Below are positions 9,038 through 14,491 of a stretch of 14,491 nt of DNA, one piece after another. A model generated the notes under the pieces. The model saw only the letters and a program-made list of their open reading frames with translations, did not search any database and was not told the DNA's origin. The stretch is from positions 1 through 14,491 of the forward strand of contig JBHHUM010000050.1 of the NCBI GenBank assembly GCA_046861645.1, written 5' to 3'. Position numbers and translations under genes: made by a program. Origin of the DNA: Fidelibacterota bacterium. Its GTDB lineage: Bacteria; Fidelibacterota; Marinisomatia; Marinisomatales; UBA2128. The first letter of the stretch is position 1. Each line of letters starts with the position of its first letter.

Positions 9038-11742
9038 ATTAACATCTCGTAGTTTTGTTGTAGTTTCTTTAGTATCGAGGACATATCTGATAATTTTTTC
9101 TTCTCCTTTTCTACTACCATAGCAGGTGCTTTGTTAACGAAATTTTCATTCTTCAATTTAGCTTTCACTTTATCTAGTCTAATTTGTAAACCTTCAATTT
9201 CCCTGGATAACCTTTGCCGTTCTTTATCCAGATCAATAAGACCTTCCAGAGGAATAAAAAGTTCCATCTGTCCTACCACTACTGTTGCTGAGTGAGGTGG
9301 ACGGTCCAGGTCAGTACCAAATACCAGGTTCTCAACCTTAGCTAGATTACGAATAATATTCTGATGTGAAGCAATGAATTTCGCTTCCCCATCTGATGTA
9401 CGTATGAGCACGTTGGCTTTGCTTGCTGGGGCAACACCCAGCTCAGACCGGATCGTCCGGATACCACTTACCAGCTTTTGAATATTAGATAATTCCTCTT
9501 CCGCATCTTCATCCAGCCAAATGTCATCCAACCGAGGCCATGAAGAAACGATAAGATCGTTTCCTTCCTTTAGAGCAGGTGACACAGCTTCAAATTTTTG
9601 CCAGAGTTCCTCAGTGATAAAGGGGGCGAAAGGATGTAATAATTTCACGATAGTTTTAAGGACATATACAGCTACACTGAAAGCTATTTGTTTCCGTAGA
9701 TCATCCTGGGCGTACAGGCGTGATTTGATAATCTCCACGTACCAGTCACAGAAATCTGACCAGGTAAAATCGTAAATCCTTTTAGCGATATCATTAAAAC
9801 GATAGGCGGCAAAAAGTCTATCCACATGGGAAATGGTTCGGTTTAGCCTGCTTAGGATCCACCGATCAGCAATTTCCAGCCGGTCCCTACTCAGCTCATC
9901 CAGCATTAGGGCATCAGTTCCATGGGCACTCATCAGGACGAAACGGGAAGCATTCCACAACTTGTTCATGAAGTTACGACCAACTTCAATCCGCTCATCA
10001 GAAAAGATTATGTCCTGTCCCTGAGGGGCGATCAGCATGAGACCAAAGCGTACGGCATCCGCACCATAGGTATCCATGAGTAGCAGCGGATCTGGGGAAT
10101 TGCCCAATGATTTGCTCATTTTCCGTCCCTGTACATCACGTACCATGCCAGTGAAATAGACATTCCGGAAAGGTATTTCTCCCTTAAACTCTAGACTGCT
10201 CATTATCATTCTTGCTACCCAAAAAAAGATAATGTCGGGTCCAGTAACCAGATCATTAGTAGGATGAAAATAATCCAGATCGGCACTATCCTCCGGCCAG
10301 GAGTGAACTGCTAAGGGCCATAACCAGGAACTGGCCCAGGTATCGAGAACATCAGGGTCCTGAATTAAATTACCTGATCCACAAACCGGACACTTTTCAG
10401 GTGGATCGATGGAAACAATAGGTTTTCTACAATCCGGTTGCCTTACTCTTTCGTCACCATTTCGACAATACCAGACTGGAATCCGGTGTCCCCACCACAG
10501 TTGGCGACTGATACACCAGTCCTGAATATGACTCATCCAATGCTCATAAGTCTTGATCCAATGATCCGGATAAAACTTGATCTCACCTTCCAGGACAGCA
10601 GTCAGTGCTGGAGCAGCCAAAGTACTCATCTTCATAAACCACTGTTCAGAGAGGTAGGGCTCAATAGGGACACTCCCACGTTGTGAGTAACCAATGTTAG
10701 TGGTATAACTTTCGACCCGTTCCAATAAGTCTTCCTCTTTCAAACGGGTGATCACTTTTCCACGGGCAACGAAACGATCAAGTCCCTGGAATTCTCTTGG
10801 AACCTTGTCGTTAAGCGTACCATCTCCATTGAGAATGTTCATCATTTCCAAATGATGCTTTTTCCCCATCGTAAAATCGTTAGGATCATGGGCCGGGGTA
10901 ACTTTAACGCAACCCGTACCAAATTCAGGATCTACATAATCATCAAAAATAACCGATAATTCTCTCCCGACCAGGGGCAAAACGATGACTTTTCCTCGCA
11001 GATGAGTATAGCGTTTGTCAGTTGGATTAATGGCTACTGCCGTATCACCTAACATAGTCTCTGGACGAGTAGTGGCAACTACTACAAATTCGTCGGAATT
11101 CTTGATGGGATAGCGGATGTACCAGAGATGCCCCTTAACCTCCCGGTGTTCTACCTCTTCATCTGAGATAGCAGACTGGGTTGCCGGGTCCCAGTTAACC
11201 AGCCGGTAACCACGATAGATAAGCCCCTTTTCATAAAGACGCACAAAAGCCGTGATGACAGCACGATAGTATCCCTTATCCATGGTAAACCGTTCCCGAA
11301 CCCAATCACAGGAACACCCCAACCGTTTCAGTTGCTCGGTGATGAGTGAACCATATTCTTCCTTCCACTTCCAGGCATGCTCTAGAAACTTTTCCCGACC
11401 GATTTCTTTTTTCGTTAAGCCCTGGACAGCCAGCATTTTCTCTACCTTTACTTCAGTAGCAATAGAAGCATGATCAGTGCCCGGTATCCAGCAGGCTTCT
11501 TTACCCTGCATGCGCGCTCGGCGAATGAGTATATCTTGAATGGTATTATTAAGGACGTGACCGATGGTTAGACTCCCGGTGACATTAGGTGGAGGAATCA
11601 CAATCGTATATGGTTCACGATCAGTATTTACCTCAGCATGAAAATGATCCCTTTCCAGCCAGTGTTGGTACCATTTCTCTTCTACTACAGAGGGATTATA
11701 AACTTTCGAAAGTAAGTCCGTATTTGTCATATAATCAGTCAT
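9034..11742 (-). CDS. valS: Valine--tRNA ligase
   Basis: PPPNVTGSL(T)IGH, GTDHASIATE, VATTRPET, GTGCVKVTPAHD, DWCISRQLWWGH, KMSKS and C-terminal coiled-coil arm. Alternative ATG at 11730. Confidence 0.98.
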   Translation of the reverse strand: MTDYMTNTDLLSKVYNPSVVEEKWYQHWLERDHFHAEVNTDREPYTIVIPPPNVTGSLTIGHVLNNTIQDILIRRARMQGKEACWIPGTDHASIATEVKVEKMLAVQGLTKKEIGREKFLEHAWKWKEEYGSLITEQLKRLGCSCDWVRERFTMDKGYYRAVITAFVRLYEKGLIYRGYRLVNWDPATQSAISDEEVEHREVKGHLWYIRYPIKNSDEFVVVATTRPETMLGDTAVAINPTDKRYTHLRGKVIVLPLVGRELSVIFDDYVDPEFGTGCVKVTPAHDPNDFTMGKKHHLEMMNILNGDGTLNDKVPREFQGLDRFVARGKVITRLKEEDLLERVESYTTNIGYSQRGSVPIEPYLSEQWFMKMSTLAAPALTAVLEGEIKFYPDHWIKTYEHWMSHIQDWCISRQLWWGHRIPVWYCRNGDERVRQPDCRKPIVSIDPPEKCPVCGSGNLIQDPDVLDTWASSWLWPLAVHSWPEDSADLDYFHPTNDLVTGPDIIFFWVARMIMSSLEFKGEIPFRNVYFTGMVRDVQGRKMSKSLGNSPDPLLLMDTYGADAVRFGLMLIAPQGQDIIFSDERIEVGRNFMNKLWNASRFVLMSAHGTDALMLDELSRDRLEIADRWILSRLNRTISHVDRLFAAYRFNDIAKRIYDFTWSDFCDWYVEIIKSRLYAQDDLRKQIAFSVAVYVLKTIVKLLHPFAPFITEELWQKFEAVSPALKEGNDLIVSSWPRLDDIWLDEDAEEELSNIQKLVSGIRTIRSELGVAPASKANVLIRTSDGEAKFIASHQNIIRNLAKVENLVFGTDLDRPPHSATVVVGQMELFIPLEGLIDLDKERQRLSREIEGLQIRLDKVKAKLKNENFVNKAPAMVVEKEKKKLSDMSSILKKLQQNYEMLI

Positions 11743-11759
11743 AATGGTTCACATCTATT

Positions 11760-12611
11760 CTAATAGATGGGGATTGAAAAATCACCGTATGAAAATTGTA
11801 TAATACCAATGTTAAAAAACAACTCACCGCTAATTTCAACCTGTTCTTCGATTTGATGAATGCGTAGATCTACAGCTGATGAATCTTCCTCAGTGGTAAT
11901 TCCATAGCCTTCATCCCCAGACCAAACAATATAAGAAATACTCACTGTATTAATGTCATAATTCCCAACACCTTCAAAAGCAGAAATCATCACATGGAAA
12001 TTCTGGTGTGCCCCTATGGCTTTAATAATCAAATTATTTTCAAGATCATAATGAGCATAAGCAGAAGGAGCAGTACTAATCGGAGCGTTGATAAATTCGG
12101 TATCATTTATCTGTATTTGAAAACTCGATAATACCGGATCGGTCAGTTGTGCCCCAAGTTCTGAATTAATATAGAAATTATTTAAGGGTATATATTCTTC
12201 CTCGTCTCTTGAATAATTAAAAAATAGAGTATCTCCGGCAAGTTCGTAAGTCGAATTGTAAGTATTTTCCAACATCATTCCTCGACGGTAACTTCTATAG
12301 GTAACGTGGTTATCTATTGCTTTATCGATTCTACCAATTGAATCTTTACTGGAGATACTCAATTGCCCTGTTGCTGTTTCTATAGCAAGCTGATAAACCT
12401 GACCATTTTCTCTAATTTGAATCCCACTTATATATTCTGGAGGTCCGAAGCCTGATGCATATGTATTAATATAGTACCACTCACCGATTATCCTTGAATC
12501 TATTCCTGTTTTGTCGTCATATGATGTAAAAACGTCACAGGAGACAAGACCAAGAGAAAACAAAAGAAATTTAGCTGAAAAAATTCTATGCATTCTTATT
12601 TTACGCATCAT
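11760..12611 (-). CDS. Hypothetical beta-rich lipoprotein
   Basis: Basic N-terminus, hydrophobic core and lipobox LVS-C; IIGEW lipocalin-like start; AT-rich. Alternative start at the second (12608) or third (12593) Met. Confidence 0.75.
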   Translation of the reverse strand: MMRKIRMHRIFSAKFLLFSLGLVSCDVFTSYDDKTGIDSRIIGEWYYINTYASGFGPPEYISGIQIRENGQVYQLAIETATGQLSISSKDSIGRIDKAIDNHVTYRSYRRGMMLENTYNSTYELAGDTLFFNYSRDEEEYIPLNNFYINSELGAQLTDPVLSSFQIQINDTEFINAPISTAPSAYAHYDLENNLIIKAIGAHQNFHVMISAFEGVGNYDINTVSISYIVWSGDEGYGITTEEDSSAVDLRIHQIEEQVEISGELFFNIGIIQFSYGDFSIPIY

Positions 12612-12671
12612 TTATTTCGAAAAGGGTCGACTATTATGACCTCCATTGCTCAATATCTTGGTATTAAAGAA

Positions 12672-13184
12672 TTATTTCTCCAGTATCAAGCTGAAGGCGG
12701 TGGTCAGTTTCAGAACATTCTGATTAGCTTTGATCAAATTATCAGTAACAATAGCTGCCACATTCCGCATTACGATATAACCAAGATCCTGATTTGTATT
12801 ACAAATATCGAAGAAATCATTTTTCATAATCACAGCCATTTTGCAGTCGGATATTGCCCTCACTCCAGCCGTACGCTTATCATCACTCCCTAACAGAGAC
12901 ATTTCTCCAAAGCAAGAATTATAATCACTGGTTAGACGTATGATGGCTTTTTCCCGGGTATCATAATCGCCTTTACTGAGCTGCATAGTAAGAGCTTGAT
13001 TAATCTCCACTTCTCCATCCAAGAGTAAGTAGAGGGAATCCCCTATATCTCCTTCATCAAAAATCACACTTCCAGCTTTAAACTCCCTGATCTCTGCTAC
13101 TTTGCGAAACTTATTCAATTGCTCTTCAGACAGATCAGAAAAAACGCGAAAGTTACCTAGATTTTGTAGATCTTCCATAGTCAC
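12672..13184 (-). CDS. Stand-alone cyclic nucleotide-binding domain protein (no CRP HTH)
   Basis: FSDLSEEQL, IFDEGDIGDSLYLLLDGEV and phosphate-binding cassette FGEMSLL....RTAGVRA; ends after a long C-helix. Start is GTG 13184 or ATG 13178. Confidence 0.92.
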   Translation of the reverse strand: MTMEDLQNLGNFRVFSDLSEEQLNKFRKVAEIREFKAGSVIFDEGDIGDSLYLLLDGEVEINQALTMQLSKGDYDTREKAIIRLTSDYNSCFGEMSLLGSDDKRTAGVRAISDCKMAVIMKNDFFDICNTNQDLGYIVMRNVAAIVTDNLIKANQNVLKLTTAFSLILEK

Positions 13185-13187
13185 CGC

Positions 13188-14315
13188 CTATTGAATTACG
13201 ACTGCTTTTTCATTTTCTTTGATGATATACTCATCTTGAGGATTTATCACCACTGACATTTTACTCTCCTCCTGGAGGGAATGACCGGCCTCCTTCAGCT
13301 TGCGTTCAATAAAAGCATCCAAACTTGAAGTGTCAGAGGAAAGTATTTCTCCTATGCCGATCTTTTCTTCTTCGGAAAAGACACTCACCAGTAACCACCC
13401 TTTCCGGTTACGGTAATAGTCGAATAAGTCTGAGAAAGACCGACCCACGAATTCTGGGGGGATGTCAACCCGCTTGAACCGGGAGTCTGACCGGCTATTA
13501 AGAAGCCGATCTACCGTCTGAGGGACACCTGGATCAATCACGTGAGCAGCCAGCATAAACGCACCATAATCATCAGACAAGAGGACCTCATCAGCATTTG
13601 CTCTTTTGATGTGAGTCAGGTTCCCCCGTTCGGTCAAATAGGCCACCACACGAACATGAGGAGCCAGAGTTTTAATGGTTAAGGTACCAAAGATGGTTTT
13701 CTCATCAGGGTGGCTTCCTGATTCAACCCCATCTATAGGTAGAATGATAGCCGTGGAGGCTTCCTTGAGATTAGCTCTTTCGAGGATTGTCTCCCTGGTA
13801 AAGTCACCACGGACATATTTGAATTTAATCTCTCTGTACTTGTTACGAACGGCATCAATCTCATCTTCATGCACTTCGTTAATAAGTACCACTTCAAGCT
13901 TACGACCGGCGGATAGATTCTGAATGGAGTCAAGAATCTGGTGGATGTTCTTATTCCATCCACAGATAATCATATGATTTGTTACGTTTACTTTTTCCAA
14001 TCCCTTATCCTCCCTAATTCTTCTGGCTACAAAGATGGATGATATTGTTGCCGTCAACAGTGCTGTAAGAGAAATACCTCCAAACATAATAATCACGGCA
14101 AAGAGACGACCAGCTGGTGATTCAGGAGCAAAGTCACCGTATCCAACTGTTGTCATGGTAACAATTGCCCACCAAAAGGGATTAATACCCTGGGTAATTT
14201 CCGCAATTCCTTCCAACTTACTGATACCCCAGCCACCGATGACCATCACGATCAGAATACCTGATAGTATCTGAAAGAAGGAGCTCCTCAGGAGTTTTCT
14301 AAAGAAGATTCTCAT
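13188..14315 (-). CDS. 2-TM potassium channel with C-terminal RCK (TrkA-N-like) domain, MthK-like
   Basis: Pore helix and filter FWWAIVTMTTVGYGD between two TM helices; RCK motifs HMIICGWN, GDFT....LERANL and ADEV. Confidence 0.93.
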   Translation of the reverse strand: MRIFFRKLLRSSFFQILSGILIVMVIGGWGISKLEGIAEITQGINPFWWAIVTMTTVGYGDFAPESPAGRLFAVIIMFGGISLTALLTATISSIFVARRIREDKGLEKVNVTNHMIICGWNKNIHQILDSIQNLSAGRKLEVVLINEVHEDEIDAVRNKYREIKFKYVRGDFTRETILERANLKEASTAIILPIDGVESGSHPDEKTIFGTLTIKTLAPHVRVVAYLTERGNLTHIKRANADEVLLSDDYGAFMLAAHVIDPGVPQTVDRLLNSRSDSRFKRVDIPPEFVGRSFSDLFDYYRNRKGWLLVSVFSEEEKIGIGEILSSDTSSLDAFIERKLKEAGHSLQEESKMSVVINPQDEYIIKENEKAVVIQ

Positions 14316-14320
14316 ACACG

Positions 14321-14351
14321 AATTTACAACTTCCTATCCATGAATTATAAT
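14321..14351 (-). promoter_or_regulatory. Candidate -10 element(s) for the minus-strand operon
   Basis: Minus-strand TAAATT (14326-14321) is 5 nt before the ATG; TATAAT (14349-14344) sits in palindromic ATTATAAT. No convincing -35. Confidence 0.35.
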
Positions 14352-14390
14352 CATAGCACTGAGGAAAGTCAATCGTTTTAGCTGAAGGGG

Positions 14391-14419
14391 TTGTATCTAA
14401 ATGCCCGGAGTTGTAGTTT
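14391..14419 (+). promoter_or_regulatory. Putative sigma70-type promoter of the divergent gene
   Basis: TTGTAT (14391-14396), 17 nt spacer, TAGTTT (14414-14419). Confidence 0.4.
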
Positions 14420-14446
14420 CTTGGTAAACAGATATTCGAGGAGCCT

Positions 14447-14491
14447 ATGAAGAGGTTTTGCACTGTAATTATCGTTCTGGCCGCTTTCCTG
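14447..14491 (+). CDS. 5' end of a divergent exported protein (truncated by window edge)
   Basis: GAGGAG (14438-14443) then ATG; frame open to the edge, MKRFCTVIIVLAAFL resembles a signal peptide. Confidence 0.6.
   Translation, partial: MKRFCTVIIVLAAFL

Noticed and set aside
11743..11759. T-box riboswitch upstream of valS
   Set aside because: Only 17 nt of intergenic space and no T-box consensus.
11738..12644. Integron cassette or IS element
   Set aside because: No attC-like RYYYAAC...GTTRRRY structure and no integrase or transposase.
12672..13184. CRP/FNR transcription factor or Pycsar-type effector
   Set aside because: No HTH, TIR or TM effector domain, and no cyclase in the window.
429..14274. 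Short alternative-frame and antisense ORFs in the track (60-118 aa)
   Set aside because: All lie within or mostly over well-supported genes and show no motifs; consistent with shadow ORFs.

Overview
Bacterial chromosomal window with gene content typical of the FCB superphylum (Marinimicrobia/Ignavibacteria-like; the taxon is my inference). One + strand gene (DUF4835/PorD-like) converges on a tightly packed 13.3 kb minus-strand run of nine genes: 2-TM K+ channel with RCK domain, stand-alone cyclic-nucleotide-binding protein, AT-rich lipoprotein, valS, DUF4139 protein, recG, DUF1844 protein, DUF2723 (TMEM260-like GT-C) membrane protein, and a GT2 glycosyltransferase. A divergent exported-protein gene starts at the right edge. 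I see no RNA genes, CRISPR arrays or transposases. Best leads: (1) an MthK-like K+ channel lacking canonical RCK ligand motifs, separated from an in-frame CNBD gene by only TAG-GCG and carrying a candidate internal TTG start; (2) a DUF2723 + GT2 candidate protein O-glycosylation pair; (3) a lipoprotein gene bounded by imperfect inverted repeats at the valS start; (4) a ValRS with TIGH instead of HIGH. All family calls come from motif recognition, not database searches.
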